Shown here: positions 1-13,611 of the stretch, in pieces
How the letters are laid out: each line of letters opens with the position of its first letter
Numbering within the stretch: the stretch's first letter is position 1
DNA from: Octopus bimaculoides
Taxonomy: Eukaryota
Assembly (NCBI RefSeq): GCF_001194135.2
Contig: NC_068990.1
Span: forward strand, 81,603,711-81,667,710
Direction of reading: 5' to 3'
DNA length: 64,000 bases
Made by a program: the position numbers and the translations under genes
Notes under the pieces: model-generated
Databases searched by the model: none
The model's input: the letters and a program-made list of their open reading frames with translations, nothing else
Told to the model about the DNA's origin: nothing

Positions 1-194
1 TGATCAGTTAAAAGCATGTTTAAATCTGAACTGTAATGGTTTATAACATTAAAACATCTAGTTTTTTTTTTACAAAGATGCATCAATATAATTTTGTGAT
101 GTGCATGTGTCATTTAACTCTTTAACTTGAGTTAGCCAACGTGGATAAGACTGCATTGAACATTATTTACATTTACAGAATAATACATGTCAAC

Positions 195-420
195 AAGGAA
201 ACTCTACGTGGTTTCTAGCTTGTCATGCTAGAAATAGCAGTGAAATCTAAGTAAATGCTGTTTGTTTCATCAAAGGAAACTCCATTTTGAGACTTTTACG
301 ATTTAAACTTTGAGACATTATAAGTTAAAGCACAGGAAATACAACCGCTCTTCTCGACACATTCATTTTGGACAGACACTGGTCTGTTTTGGTTTACATC
401 CCTAAATAAGTGGTTTTGAC
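195..420 (+). mobile_element. Interspersed repeat family C copy (SINE-like, core ...ACGTGGTCACTCGACCTGCTAGAAATAGCAG...)
   Basis: ctctacgtggtttctagcttgtcatgctagaaatagcagtgaaatc resembles copies at ~31800, ~58650 and ~59790 (+), and at ~10650, ~11400, ~27050, ~30900 and ~59350 (-). Confidence 0.55.
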
Positions 421-499
421 TCCCAGGTGATATGTAAATTGATGCATTTATGAAAATGTTTTGCTCCAAAACAACAAAGAGTCCACTGCAGAGTTATGC

Positions 500-1640
500 T
501 TAGCCATCTTCTATTTTCCTCTATTGGTAACTTTTGCTGAGCTTGAGTGGGTTCCATCAATCACATGTTGGATTTTGTTCACTGGGAAATACTTGATCCA
601 GTGCATTCCATGGATTCTAGTGTTGGACAATTTTAACATTAGAATGTTGTGGTTGACATTGTTGAAGACCTTACTGAAGTCAAGACATATCATATCAGTG
701 TTTGATGGTTTTAAGTCTTTTGATTTTCTTGATAAGTGTCTTTTTTTGCTTTTTTGAGAGCCTAGTTCTATTTGTGCTAATGAGTTTTGTTAGAGCATGT
801 TTTGACAACGAATTGGTGACAATATTCTGAAACCAGTACCAAGTTGCTTCAATGTCAGAGAATGTAAATGAAGGACCAGTTGATAAGCAACATATCTTGT
901 CTAAGATCTCGTCCAGTCTTCTTTGTGAAGATTGGTGTTACTGAATGAGTATGCTGAGGTAAGAGTGACTGGTTTGGTTTTGGCATGTTGGAAACTAAGA
1001 TTGAAGAGTACAATATCACAGCCACAGAGAAGAGGTTTGTTATGGACAGAGCCAGAGTGATTTGTTGATATCAGGTCTAAAACATTTCTGTCTTGTCTTG
1101 TTGGCTGAAGCACAAGTGGGGATTGGAAAAATTTATCCATGAAACTAAATAGCAATTCTCTTTCTTCTCTTTACTTGGTTTCAGTGTATTTGTATGCCAA
1201 TTCACATATAGAAGGTTAAAGTCACCCCACCACGAATATGTTTTCAAAGTTGTGTTTTTGGAGAAAGAACTTGACATTTTTGAGGCACTCTGCAAAGCAC
1301 TGTAGAGGTGCGTCAGAAGGCCTATAGAGACCAACTATAGTTATATCATTAGTTTTACTGCAAACTGACAGATTCATAATAACCATTGGTAAATATATCC
1401 TATGCATCCATGACAAAGGAATCATGGAGAAAAACAGCTATTTCTTTATTTCACCCAGTGTGGTCTTCATGACTGATGGGGAAATTACTTGATATTCTGC
1501 TTGGTATTCATGTGGGAGTTGTTTTAGGTGGGTACCCATTAGGATGAATAATGGGATGCATTTCTGCAATCCAATTTTCTGTGTATAGAAACTTTCACTT
1601 TTGAGTATTAAGTAATGGGTTGAGGTCTCACACATTAAGT
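500..1640 (-). mobile_element. Decayed CR1/L2-type LINE ORF2 fragment (APE endonuclease plus start of RT, with internal deletions)
   Basis: Minus-strand ORF pieces carry the APE motifs VGLYRPS (1222-1425), WGDFN (1077-1334) and QPTRQDRNVLDLISTN (901-1155). The RT motif CLDFSKVFNNVNHNILMLKL...WIKYF (511-693) follows in collinear order, with frameshifts. Confidence 0.85.
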
Positions 1641-1776
1641 TGGAATGTCAAAATGAAGGTTGTGTGAAATATGTGTAATATTAAAGGCTTTGATTTATGT
1701 GTATTGTTGTTCAGTGGCAGCACCGGGGACAGTTTGCATATGGAGTCATTTGCGGGGAGTAATGTTTGATTGATGA

Positions 1777-1876
<100 letters not shown>

Positions 1877-1992
1877 ACTCCCTCTCTCACACACATACAC
1901 ACACTTCAAGTATTTTTTTTCCAGTCAAAACAATGCAAGTTAAGAATACGGGTTGATGGTTTGTACTGTTACCTGGTATTTCAATATTTCAG

Positions 1993-2030
1993 GGTTTGGA
2001 GCCCTTCTCCAGGAAATCTATGGAGAAAAG
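1993..2030 (+). CDS. Candidate exon of host gene (xFGALLQEIYGEK)
   Basis: Acceptor atatttcag, 38 bp open in phase 1 to 0, weak donor AAG|gtgttg. It does not join directly in phase to the 4408 exon. Confidence 0.3.
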
Positions 2031-2177
2031 GTGTTGATTACTAACTTCTTAGCTATCAGCACCTTTCCTGAAGAAGGAGTCCTAACCATAATATATTGAA
2101 TTACTACTAGGTAAAAGTACTAATCATCAACCTGTATTCTTAATTTTTAACTTTCATTGGTTTGGCTTTTTAAAAAA

Positions 2178-2535
2178 ATCAGTGATAAGAAGCTTGCTTC
2201 TCAACCACGTTTTTAGGTTCAATCCCTCTGCGTGGCACCTCGGACAAGTGTCTTCTACTATAACCACGGGCTGACCAAAGCCTTGTGAGTGGATTTGCTA
2301 AACAGAAATTGAAAGAAGCCCGATGTATATATGTGCATGTGTATTTGTCCCTCCACCATTGCTTGACAACCGTTGTTGGTGTGTTTATGTCCCCTTAACT
2401 TAGTGGTTTGGTAAAAGAGACCGATAGAATAAGTACTAGGCTTACAAAGAATAAATCCTGGGGGGTGATTTGTTTGACTAAAGGTGGTGCTCCAGCATGC
2501 CCGTAGTCAAATTACTGAAATAAGCAAAAGAATCA
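2178..2535 (+). mobile_element. tRNA-derived SINE, family A (near full length)
   Basis: B-box-like ggttcaatccc, body gtgtcttctactata...gaccaaagccttgtgagtggattt, tail gctccagcatg..gtcaaattactgaaataagcaaaag. It matches the copy at 22161-22472. Confidence 0.85.
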
Positions 2536-2651
2536 AAGAGTAAGAGAATATATATATGAAACAATACTTTATAAAATCACACACACACACATTCAGTCTT
2601 GCTTTGGTTCTATACACACGCATATCATTATTGTATCTTCTTTTCCATATG

Positions 2652-2720
<69 letters not shown>
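2652..2720. repeat. (CA)n microsatellite
   Basis: Pure CA run. Confidence 0.98.
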
Positions 2721-2722
<2 letters not shown>

Positions 2723-3109
2723 CTTCAATATTCTTTATATCAATCTCATCTCTTAATTCATAATTTATTAATATTTCAGTATCTATACATTGAATCAGGG
2801 TGGAATATCTTGTGATCTAAGTTATCAGTAGAAGCGTGACTGCTGTGCTAAGTGGCTGATGAATTAATAATAAAAGATTAAAAGTTCAGTTAAAATAGGT
2901 AAACATGAAATGGTAAACATGAAATGTATGGTTTTATAGGTAATGGGGCATTTGCAAGTATTATGACATACACACAAATACTACAAAACAAAGTAGATGG
3001 AAACTCAGTTATTTAGTAAATATTTAATTTATAGGGTTGTAGTTTCAGCTTACAACATTCCATTATATCTTGTATATGAGTAATTTTATATTGGATACAG
3101 ACATAGCTG

Positions 3110-3440
3110 AATGCTTAAGTTTACTTTGCAGTCCTGTGGTATCAAGTTTGATCCCATGGTGTGGTATCATAGATAAATCTCTTTTACCATAGCCTAGTCA
3201 TGGGTTTGGTTGACCAAAGCCTTGTGAGTGAAACTGGAAACTATTTGGAAGGCTATCAACTGGATTGTGCATGTAATTCAATGGAACAGCCTTGTCACAC
3301 ACACTCTCATACACATTTTCCATGAGAATTACATTAAGGGAATAAAAATCTGTGGAAATCTCAGCCACTTATATGTTAACTCATTGAGTAGGCCGTTCTA
3401 GTGATCAAACAACTGGAACACTCGTTGTCCAAGCCAATAG
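3110..3440 (+). mobile_element. Decayed tRNA-derived SINE (family A head with a different 3' body)
   Basis: caagtttgatccc B-box remnant and gaccaaagccttgtgagtg, then a body containing gtgatcaaacaact, related to 50010-50290. Confidence 0.55.
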
Positions 3441-4407
3441 ACAGTCATGATTAATTTTGAGTCATGTAAAAGGTGAACAGTACTCAAAACTTATAGTAGA
3501 ATTAATATAGTTACATATTTAATTATTGAAGTTAAATGTGTATATTGCCATTAGTCAAAATACTGCCTGACAAATCTCAGGTTAGTATAAAATTTCAATC
3601 TTCATCATCATTATCATACTTTTACATCTGCTTTCTATGCTTGATGGCTTGGAAGGGTTTCTCCACTCATCCTTTGTCATCTTGTACACATAGCAAGAAA
3701 GAAAGCTAGCCAGCTTTGTTGCTGTGTGTGTCATGTTTCTATGGTTAGATGCCTTTCCTAATACCAACCATTTTACAGTAAGTCTGTGTATTTCATCATA
3801 ACATTGGCATAGAGAAATTATCATTGGTGGGGCTAAACTATCTTGTATCAGTGTCCTCTCTACCCTGTACTAGTGTTTTTATTAGGAGTTGTTGCTCTCT
3901 GAGATGGATTGCCTGCTGCAATTTTAAGTTCACATTTACACCTTTTGTTCTTTTCTTTTATTTTGCACGGAGTTTTATACAACTGGATATCCTTACAAAC
4001 CATTTTACATGGACTAAGGACATTTTATCTCGTCACAGATATCGAGAGAGGAAAATCTTTCATTCTGTCATGTACTACCTCAACTTGTATCAATTCTTCT
4101 TCAGAATTGATACTCTTCTAGACATATTTCTTGTGCTGTGCAGTACCCAGTCTATACTTATCACATTTGTTTGTAACTTTCTTTGTATTTGATATGGTTT
4201 TTACATGTGCATGTCCAGCCTATTTTCAACCACTTTACATTGTGGACGTGATGCATTTTAATGTATCAGCAGCACCAGAGGAGTTGTCTGTAGCATAATT
4301 AAAGAGTTTTCTCTATCCTGTATTAGCTTCTGTGTAGAATGTACTGAACATTTTATACACGCATAATTAAGATTAATTTGAATGATCAGCTCTAGCTTAT
4401 TATTCAG

Positions 4408-4453
4408 ATTATTTTACACTGGACACTATACTTTACAAATACAAATTTGTCAA
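4408..4453 (+). CDS. Host gene exon (xLFYTGHYTLQIQICQ)
   Basis: Acceptor ttattattcag, strong donor CAA|gtatgt, 46 bp. Phase 2 to 0 joins the 4641 exon. Confidence 0.55.
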
Positions 4454-4640
4454 GTATGTTATGGATATTTTTTATCAACTATTGTTTTTTTTTTGTTGTT
4501 TTTTTGTATATTTAAGATATAATACTGTTTTAGCATTGATTTTTCATTGTATGTTACACTTTCAAGATGAATTCCTCTAATTTAATTTAATTATGAAAAT
4601 TTTTTTCTGAAATTCTAATTTCTTTTTTTGTTTATTTCAG

Positions 4641-4714
4641 GTTAAACAAAATATCAATTATTATTTAGATTTTTGGATGGAATTACCAATAGCATCAGAT
4701 TACTTTGTAGCATG
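4641..4714 (+). CDS. Host gene exon (VKQNINYYLDFWMELPIASDYFVAW)
   Basis: Long polypyrimidine tract ending tttatttcag, donor TG|gtaagg, 74 bp with only one open frame (phase 0 to 2). Confidence 0.75.
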
Positions 4715-4886
4715 GTAAGGATCTAATTATTTTTGTCTTTATACATTACATTATGTACATATAAACATGCACTCATACATTTATGCATTACACATACATA
4801 CATACACATACATTTGTATGTGTATGCATACATACACACACACACACTCACACACACATACACACACACACACACANNNNNNNNNN

Positions 4887-4930
<44 letters not shown>

Positions 4931-6320
4931 ATTAGTTATTTAATTATTTCTGTCTTCCACTTATAAAATATTATGTTACTAGTTTGTATGGAGTATTCAA
5001 AGTTTGAATTAATAAAACTTCTAAAATTTATTCTTAAATCCACTGAGATTCTTTTTAACTTAACCATGTCTAACTCCCTAAACCATCACCCAATATTCTA
5101 TATAGTCCTGCTTCAACATAAAACTCCTTGCATACATACTTTTATGATATGTTTAACTTTCAATCTATATATTAGTTACACCTATGTCGTTATTTCCCCC
5201 ACAATCTGTGAGCAATGTCTTTTCTCTCCTGTGCAAACTTGTTTGTATACTTCTATATGAAACTCACTGACAAAGTCAAATCTTATCTCATGATATAATT
5301 TTATAAGTGGAAAGGTAGAACATATCCTAAACATTCCTATGCACTATATCACATTGTTTCTTAAATACAAAACTAATAACTTACAAGAATTAACTTTTTA
5401 TATGTTATATATGTATAAATGTCAAGTAGTTTCTAATATGGTTTAAATGAAAAAAAAAAATGGTATTCAATCAGATGTATTGTACCCAAGAACCTCAGCA
5501 TCAAGAAGAAAGGAACTAAAGGTACTTTAACTGTATGAGGTAACAAGGAAAAGCAGTGTGTTTCATCTGCATCCTAACGATAGCGAAAGCAACATTGCCT
5601 TGCTGTTGGATCTTTCTTCCTGATATAAATGGAGCTTGAACATCCTGGTCCAAAACTCTTATTTTGTTCTGGATCAAAAAAATGGTCACCTTTAAGCAGA
5701 ATGAGGAGTAGAAAGGTAAGAAATCTGGTTGATTAGCCCTGTGTTAAACATGAAAACTTGAAGAACTGGGAGAAGATACAAAATGTCTGCAAGGGCAGAA
5801 AGAATCTGATAGACAATGTAGTAAAAAAGCAAAAACAGCAATTCTTCAGAAAGGGGATTATTTGAGGGAAGGTAAGAAATTGAAAGAATCTTTCACAAAG
5901 TCTGGGAAAATAGAAGGTTGACAGAGTGGATTAGCATTCCTATGAGTAGTCTCGGAACTGAATATGGGAATATGCATATTTCAACAATGGTTCTTAGACT
6001 GACAAATACAAGTCCCACTTGCACACCCCACCACAGATCTGTCCCACTCTTTCTTTAAAGGACGGAACAAAATAGAATTTGCATCTACATATTTTTTTTT
6101 CTTCTTCACCAAGATATTGGACAGCTTAAAATAACCACCTGAATTTTATTAAGCATGGAAATTTGTTTGTTTGTTTTCCAAATTTCACAACTTTCTCTCA
6201 TCAGGGAATTCTAGAAGAAAGAAACACTGTCCAAGAAGACATCTGAGAAATCAAATCAGATCACTTGTCATGGATTTGAAAGCCAGCATTGTGAACTGAG
6301 TTTTTTTAATTCACAGACAG

Positions 6321-6358
6321 GCAGTCTCCTACTAGGATGATAGATGCATCTTCTATCA
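6321..6358 (+). CDS. Host gene exon ((W)QSPTRMIDASSI)
   Basis: Acceptor ttttaattcacagacag, donor A|gtgagc, 38 bp. Phase 2 to 1 exactly bridges 4714 and 6747. Confidence 0.55.
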
Positions 6359-6746
6359 GTGAGCTCTGCAGCTTTCACCTTGACTGTTGTAGACATAAAC
6401 TACTTTAATTCTCTGCACTTCACGGTTATTTAACAAATGATCATTATATATCTCTAAATAGAATTATGTGAGTGTGTTATTGCCTGCATGTGTGTGTGTG
6501 TGTGTGTGTGTGAGTATTAGTATGTCTTAATAGGGTGTGGACTACAATACAACAGTCTATTACTACTATATTTTAATATTAGTGGTTTGAGGTGATATGA
6601 TATGTTCTTGGTCAATTAAGTCCTTGACCCTGTTTCACATCTTACCAGCAATTAAGAGAATATAAATTTCATAACTTCCTAGTTTATCTCCCTTTATAAA
6701 ATGTTCAAATGTCATATTGATATAAGTCATTTTTTTTTCTTTCTAG

Positions 6747-6781
6747 TAATTGAATTTGAAGGATTACATTTAATTTTGAAA
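6747..6781 (+). CDS. Host gene exon ((I)IEFEGLHLILK)
   Basis: Strong acceptor ttttttttctttctag, donor AAA|gtaaat, 35 bp, phase 1 to 0. Confidence 0.55.
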
Positions 6782-7253
6782 GTAAATAGCTTGTGCTTAA
6801 ATTACTTAAAGTCATATTTACTTTAAATTCTCTTTTAGGAAAGTATACTGTCCCTTTCTTTTTTCTTAAATTTTAAATTGGAAATATAGTGATTTATGTG
6901 AAGAGAATTTTTAAATGCATTATATATATATNNNNNNNNNNNNNNNNNNNNNNNNNNNNNNNNNNNNNNNNNNNNNNNNNNNNNNNNNNNNNNNNNNNNN
7001 NNNNNNNNNNNNNNNNNNNNNNNNNNNNNNNNNNNNNNNNNNNNNNNNNNNNNNNNNNNNNNNNNNNNNNNNNNNNNNNNNNNNNNNNNNNNNNNNNNNN
7101 NNNNNNNNNNNNNNNNNNNNNNNNNNNNNNNNNNNNNNNNNNNNNNNNNNNNNNNNNNNNNNNNNNNNNNNNNNNNNNNNNNNNNNNNNNNNNNNNNNNN
7201 NNNNNNNNNNNNNNNNNNNNNNNNNNNNNNNNNNNNNNNNNNNNNNNNNNNNN

Positions 7254-7284
<31 letters not shown>

Positions 7285-10200
7285 ATGTGTGTGTGTGTGT
7301 GTGTGTCTGTGTGTTATATAAAACAGGTTGTGCCAAATTGTAAGTTTATGAATAACCTTAAGTAGACAGAAATTTGACAAATAAAACTTTTTTTAAATAA
7401 ACTTTTTTTAATCTGCATATGTCTTACACTCTATGTTTCACTCTCTATATATCTATACACATCTCTATATTATATTATGTATTTATGTGTATGTGTATGC
7501 ATGTATGTATATCTCTATGGAGTGCAGGTTTTATATGTCCTTATATACTATAACAAAACAAATAAAGAGCTTACCTATATGCCTTAAAAGTTTACTTATG
7601 TCTTTCATATCAATGTGTCTATGTCAATCATTATAGTCTTATATAAAGAGACAAGGTACACTAGGTTGTGTTGCTTGGAGAACCCTTTTGTCTGGGGTCC
7701 AGTGCTAATCTATGTATGGTATGGTTGTGTATGAAGGGAGCCCAGTACATTGATTTTCTCCCTAATGCTGTTGAAACAGCTTTGTGTGTGTGTGTGTGTG
7801 TGTGTGTCTATGAATATCTCTCTATATATCACTATAAATTTTTGGTTATTAATTTCATCTTTAGAGTTAAGTATAAAAAAAAAATAATTAAGCTAGCAAT
7901 GCGACATTAATTTTACATTTATCCATGCCTGAAAGTTTCCTAGTTTGACTCCGGTTTGATACTGTTTACAGATCCAGGAATAAAACACCTGGAGGACTGA
8001 TCAAATTGTCATATAGATGTGTTGTAGTCTGAAAATTATTGTCTTTACAATATTATATATAATCTGGTTTATATATATATATGGATTTAACACATATAGC
8101 CTGGTTATGTGCATTTGTTTTACTCACTTTTTGTTATATTTCCTTGCATTCAATCGAATCATTTTCATAGTTGGAAGATGAAATATTCTTTCTTTTGGAT
8201 TTCATGTTAACAATACTCATAAAATATACTACTTCTTGAACAAGATATACAAATATGGAACAAAATTAGGAATATAGATTCCAATCTATTGAATATTATT
8301 TAGACAATTGAAAGGCTTTTTTAAGTAAGAGCTACATCATCTCCAAATAAATATTCTAACTTCCATCATTATCCTCATCATATCTATTAACACTATCAAT
8401 AAGCAAAAATCATATTTATTAACAATATTTAATTAAAAGGTTTAAAAAAAAAAATAGTATTCTCAAGGGAAGCTACTCTTCAAATTTTTGTATTTACTTC
8501 CCTTGTATAAGACTGCTAAGCTTTGCATAGCGATTTTTACTGTACAGATTTTAATACTGGTTGCAGCGCTGTTACAGAAATATTGCCTGTTCCTCATTCA
8601 TCAATTTTTGATAAGGATTACTATGGAAATATATTTTATTTTTACTGTCTGTAACAGTCTCTGGTTGTTTTCCCTATATATTACCTTAGTGAATTTTAAC
8701 AAAAACAACTATTTCGTATATAACCGAAAATGTTTTTATTTAAGAAAGAGTATTGTAACTGAATAATAATAGTTGGAACATTACGAAGATATAAAAATGC
8801 GGTATTGATTATGAAATAACTATCTGTATATATGTGTTATGTAATAATACAAAAATCACACCCTACTATCTTTAAAAGAAAAGGCCACTATGGGATAATA
8901 CTGTCCTTGAAAGTATCTGGGAGAGAAAAAAAAAAAGACTGGCTGGTTTAGGTTAGAGCCATTGATTGAAGGTCTGAAGAACGGGAAATAAGAAACAGTA
9001 TATATAGTGGTAGTGTAGAAGCAGACACATGGGTGTAGAGAGTGAGAACATTTCGTCTCATCTTTCAGTTTAGATTAGTTTTGGATTTCTTTCGTATATA
9101 AATTACTCTTGCACTTAATGCTTTTCATTATTTTATTTAAAACATCAGTTATATATTTAATTTTTTTTACAAAGGCAAAATGCCACAGATTCTAATGGAA
9201 GGAAATCATCAAGGAAATTAATCTCAATACTTCAATTGTACTTTGAGTCCTAAAAAAGTGAAAGACAAAATCATTATCAGTAGGATTTGAACTTAGAATG
9301 TAAAGTGTTATGACTAAATATTACAAAATATATTTCTTGATTTATTCAAAAGGATACTTGTGACCATTTTCCATGGCCCCTGAAACCAGTGGCAGGAGGA
9401 AAGGATGGGGAGCATCCAACACCTTTTTCAGGGCTTGTGAAATTGGCATGAGAAATAGAAGAGGTTATTCTCAGACATGATGTCTTAACTGCCTATTTCT
9501 AACAGCTGAGACTACTTAAAACATTCATAAGTTACATGATAGTATTAAACCAGATGATGGATAAAGTCTACCAATACTCTACAGATCATGTCAGTCTACC
9601 ACCTTAATATCTATTGCAGCCTTTCACTAAACGTTCAAAACAGTATTTCCCCTTTGTTTTCAAATAGTGAAACTGATAATATAAAATAATGATTACAATA
9701 AAAATTCATTTAAAGTAAATATTCTATCAAATTCCTTCTATTTTATTTTAAAATTAAATTGAGGCATCTGAGCTCTATTGTAATTAATTAGGAAACCTTC
9801 ATTTGCAAAAATAAAAGTATACTTGTCATTGCATGACACATGTAGTACAGGGTTCACCAACAAACAGTGTTATTTAGATGCTAGCACTATGTGATTGCCA
9901 ACCAAGGCTTAAGAGCTCATCATCTATCTACCTCAGAGACATCATTGTCCCCCAGCAAATTTCAACTAGGTATTACAGTGGGTTTTTTCTGGGGATCTGT
10001 AACCTAGGAGAAGAGACCTATTCTAGGTACGGCCAGGCAGAGTTATTTCAGCTCGGAACATATGTCAGGCAGGATCATCAGACACTGAAGTAATAATTAA
10101 GGTCACTACCTGGTATCTTAAAATTTTAGTATACTCTCTCTCTACAATAAAAACATAATGACTTAAGTTTCATTATGCCATATATCTTCTCGGGTAAAAG

Positions 10201-11517
10201 TAACTCTTTTTAAATAACAACAGCAACATCACTAAATATAATCGTCTGAAATTAATTAGATGGTGTGCCTGTACTGCAAATCTTTTGGCTTGCTGACCTA
10301 GCAACCCAACTACTTTCACTCATGTAATTATAGCAAGAAAATACACCTGTAAAATAATAAAGATCGATCATTTATCTTGAAATGGCTGCATTGCTGAATT
10401 GATGACCTACAGACAAAAGTTTCAAGCCATGTCATTGGTGTCATGTTTTCGAATAAGGCATATTTATTTGATTATGTTCATTGAGCTAGAAAATAAGTAT
10501 TAATCCTTCTTTATTGTAGTGTGGGTGGCATTATTATGTTAGATGTCAAGTGAGGGATTATGTTAATCTAATCTTGCCTTGGTAACTTAAAACAAATTAG
10601 TAAGAACAAGATCTAATCATTACAGATATTTTCTAATGTTGTTGCTGCTGCTGCTGCTGCTGCTCATATTTTGTCCTAGATTGGCCCTGAATTACCATAC
10701 TTATGATCAAAGACTTTCTAGCTATGACCATCCAGTCTTTTTTCCAAACTACATTGTCCGTTGTTTTTTTCTTTTTAAAATTGGTTGCTGAGATTCAAAG
10801 TAATTTGGGTTGCTGTTTCTAGCATAGCAGACAACCACATTATGGTTCCATTGTTGTTTGCACTTTCTAGTGCAAAGCCACAATTTAAACAGAAACAAAA
10901 ACCAAAAAAGTCAATTTTATTTCAAAAGTAATGTTGAATATGAGAGTAGAGTGGAGGAAGTGTTGGAACGGTAATAAAATTCCATGTGGCACTTGTTTTT
11001 AGTGAACAATATTCCTATTGTTTTGTGTGTCTTTTATTTTTTAAATTTCTTTATGGATTAGTCAGAGGAGAAAGGTCGGTGACCTTGCCCTTTTTTCAGG
11101 ATCTTTAATATTGGTGACATAGAAAGAAGGGATTATCTTGAACCTCGACACCTTGTCTGAATGCTTACCCGAGAGTAAGCTGCCACTGAGTGGTCAATCA
11201 GTTTATCTATGCTTACATATCCTATTATAACTACTTCACAAAAATAAACAATGTACTTATTGTCGTTCCTTGAATGTAACAATTTTCTAGGTGTTATTAT
11301 TTAGCCTGAGGTGAACACTGATCAAGCTGATCTGTGATCAAAGCATTTCAGCTGTGATCTCTCATGTCTCTGGAGGAATATGTAGTACTATATTTATTTA
11401 CATGTTTTTTTAGGGAAATTTGAAAAATGTGGGAAATTTGGCTGCTATTTCTTGCTATTAGCTCTGTCTAGATGTTGTTCATTGATCATCCCCTTCTTCC
11501 AACATAACCTCTAGTGT

Positions 11518-11604
11518 TCATGATGATGACGATGATGATGATGATGATGATGATGATCATCATCATCATCATCATCATCATCGTCGTCATCATCGTCATC
11601 ATCG

Positions 11605-11637
<33 letters not shown>

Positions 11638-11643
11638 ACATCA
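11518..11643. repeat. Compound (ATG)n/(CAT)n trinucleotide microsatellite
   Basis: An ATG run abuts a CAT run, making the tract self-complementary at the junction. Confidence 0.97.
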
Positions 11644-12657
11644 TGTGCTGGCATGGGTTGGACAGTTTCACAGGAGCTGCTCAACCGAAGAACTTACCGG
11701 GCTCCATGTCTATTTTGGCATGGTTTCTATGGCTGGAATGCCTTTCTTAATGCCAGCCACTTCATAAAGTGTACTGGGTGTTTCTACGCAACATTGGCAT
11801 GGGTGTTTTTATCATAAAAGGCCATAACTAAAATTTACCAGGTATTTTGACTGACACTTCAATAATTTTGCTTAAGAGATATAGGTATCATTTTAAATAT
11901 TTTTAGAATTTAAAAACTTCAAAATAATTAAAGATAAAAATTGTCAGCATCAACTGATGAGTGTAAATAAATTCAAGTATATTCAATCATAGTAGACCCT
12001 TTATACTCGAGATTTTTCATAAAATGGTAATCCTTATATTTAATAATAAATATTTTCTATAGATTTTCTACAGGCGAGTTTAAATACACTTGTATTGGTT
12101 TCTGGTTTTATGCAAGAAACACTTCTTTCCCTTCTTTAAGGAATTCTTTAAGGAATTGTGTGTAGTGAGAAATTCTGAGTAACAGCAAATCTATCATCAG
12201 CTTCAAACAAATTAATAAATTCTACTGAAGATATTGAATATTCTTCCTCCCATCTTTACATTCAAACCTCTGTGTGCGTGTGTGTGTGTGTGTGCATGCA
12301 TGTGAGTACATGTGAATCATCATCATCATCATTTTCCATCTGTTTTCCATGGGCTGAACAAGTTGCCATAGTCCAAACCAGCTCTTCTTTAGAGTTACTG
12401 CTGTTTTAGATGAGGCAGAGGACTACATCTTGCTCATATTTTTCACTTTTGGTTTGGTTTGGTTTGGTTTGGTTTCTATGACTGATACTTTTCCGATCAC
12501 CAATCACTTTACAGAGTTCACCAGGTGCATTTTATTGTGGCACCAGCATGAAAGAAATTGTCATATTCACCACAAGACTGAAACGTTCTTTTGGCCCTAC
12601 TCATTTGCCAACCACTTCACAGAGTGCCTTGGATGGATTTCATTGTGGCACCAGTAC

Positions 12658-12716
<59 letters not shown>
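12658..12716. repeat. (AAT)n microsatellite
   Basis: About 19 pure units. Confidence 0.98.
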
Positions 12717-12779
12717 TGATGAAGAAGAAGAATGACAGTTCTTTCTAATTTTGGCACAAAGCCAGCAATTCTGAGAGGG

Positions 12780-13480
12780 ACAGTTTTTTTGCTCATTGTA
12801 CCAAAGATACAATGTGTTTCTTTTTCATTTACCATAGCATTTTGATTTCTTTTTGCTGAGTTTTATATCTCATTAGTTTTTCTGTATCTGCTGTCCCCAA
12901 GACATGACATGTCTATGATCTGGCATGAATTTTCCTCCATTGTCGACCAGCATGATATTGGGTTTCCAATGTTCAATTCCTTGATCTAATTAGATCTGTC
13001 AGAGTCTATGAAATGGTCAATTCTGTGCTTAATGTAGTTTGTTTTCAATACTTGTTTGTGTGCTACACATAGCAAGGCCTCTGTTTCAGGTTTCAATTCA
13101 CTTTTTTGTAACTACATCCATCTTTTATCTGAAACTATATTCCTTGGTATCCCGCTCAAGAACTGACTGCACATCTTATCCTTCCAGCTGTTTCTTCATT
13201 TCTGTCTTTTTTGTATATCTTCTTATCCTGACAGCTTTCTGTATGTAATAGTCTTGCCTCCCTTACTTGCCCAAGTAGTGTGTTCTTTGCATTCTTTATA
13301 GGCCAAGTAATATTGTTTTCCTCGGACTGAATACAATCCTCACAACATATCAGTTCCCATCCTCCTTTCTTTTTTGTCAGGTGCAGCCTATCAGCATCAC
13401 TTTTCAGGTGGAATACACCATACATTGGATTCAAGCTGCACTTAAGATGGGTGATGTAAATGTCTTGAGAAAGGGCTCAA
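12780..13480 (-). mobile_element. R4/Dong-like (restriction-like endonuclease clade) non-LTR retrotransposon 3' fragment, decayed
   Basis: ORF 13156-13434 has FHLKSDADRLHLTKKKGGWELICCEDCI, matching the HPKSDVDRLYxxRKEGGRGL motif. A frameshifted KPDIVLVD...CLIIDV..PGD-like endonuclease remnant lies at ~12880-13010. Confidence 0.7.
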
Positions 13481-13611
13481 TTGTGTGCAAAACATAGATA
13501 CATAGTGCTTCCAGAATTCAGATACACTGAAGTGGGTGGGTCTTCTCAAGAACCACATATCACCAATCATCCCAGTTTTTTGTTTTTTTTTTATCATTAT
13601 CAATATTAATG

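Noticed and set aside
5475-5521. Exon that would create an in-frame TGA (TG|A) after 4714, suggesting selenocysteine
   Set aside because: The acceptor is weak, the region looks like purine-rich LINE debris, no SECIS is seen, and 6321-6358 gives a stop-free join.
8548-8650. Coding-looking stretch DFNTGCSAVTEILPVPHSSIFDKDYYG
   Set aside because: The acceptor is plausible, but there is no credible donor before the stop and it does not fit the phase chain.
11163-11180. GCTTAC/GTAAGC inverted repeat
   Set aside because: A 6-bp stem is expected by chance.
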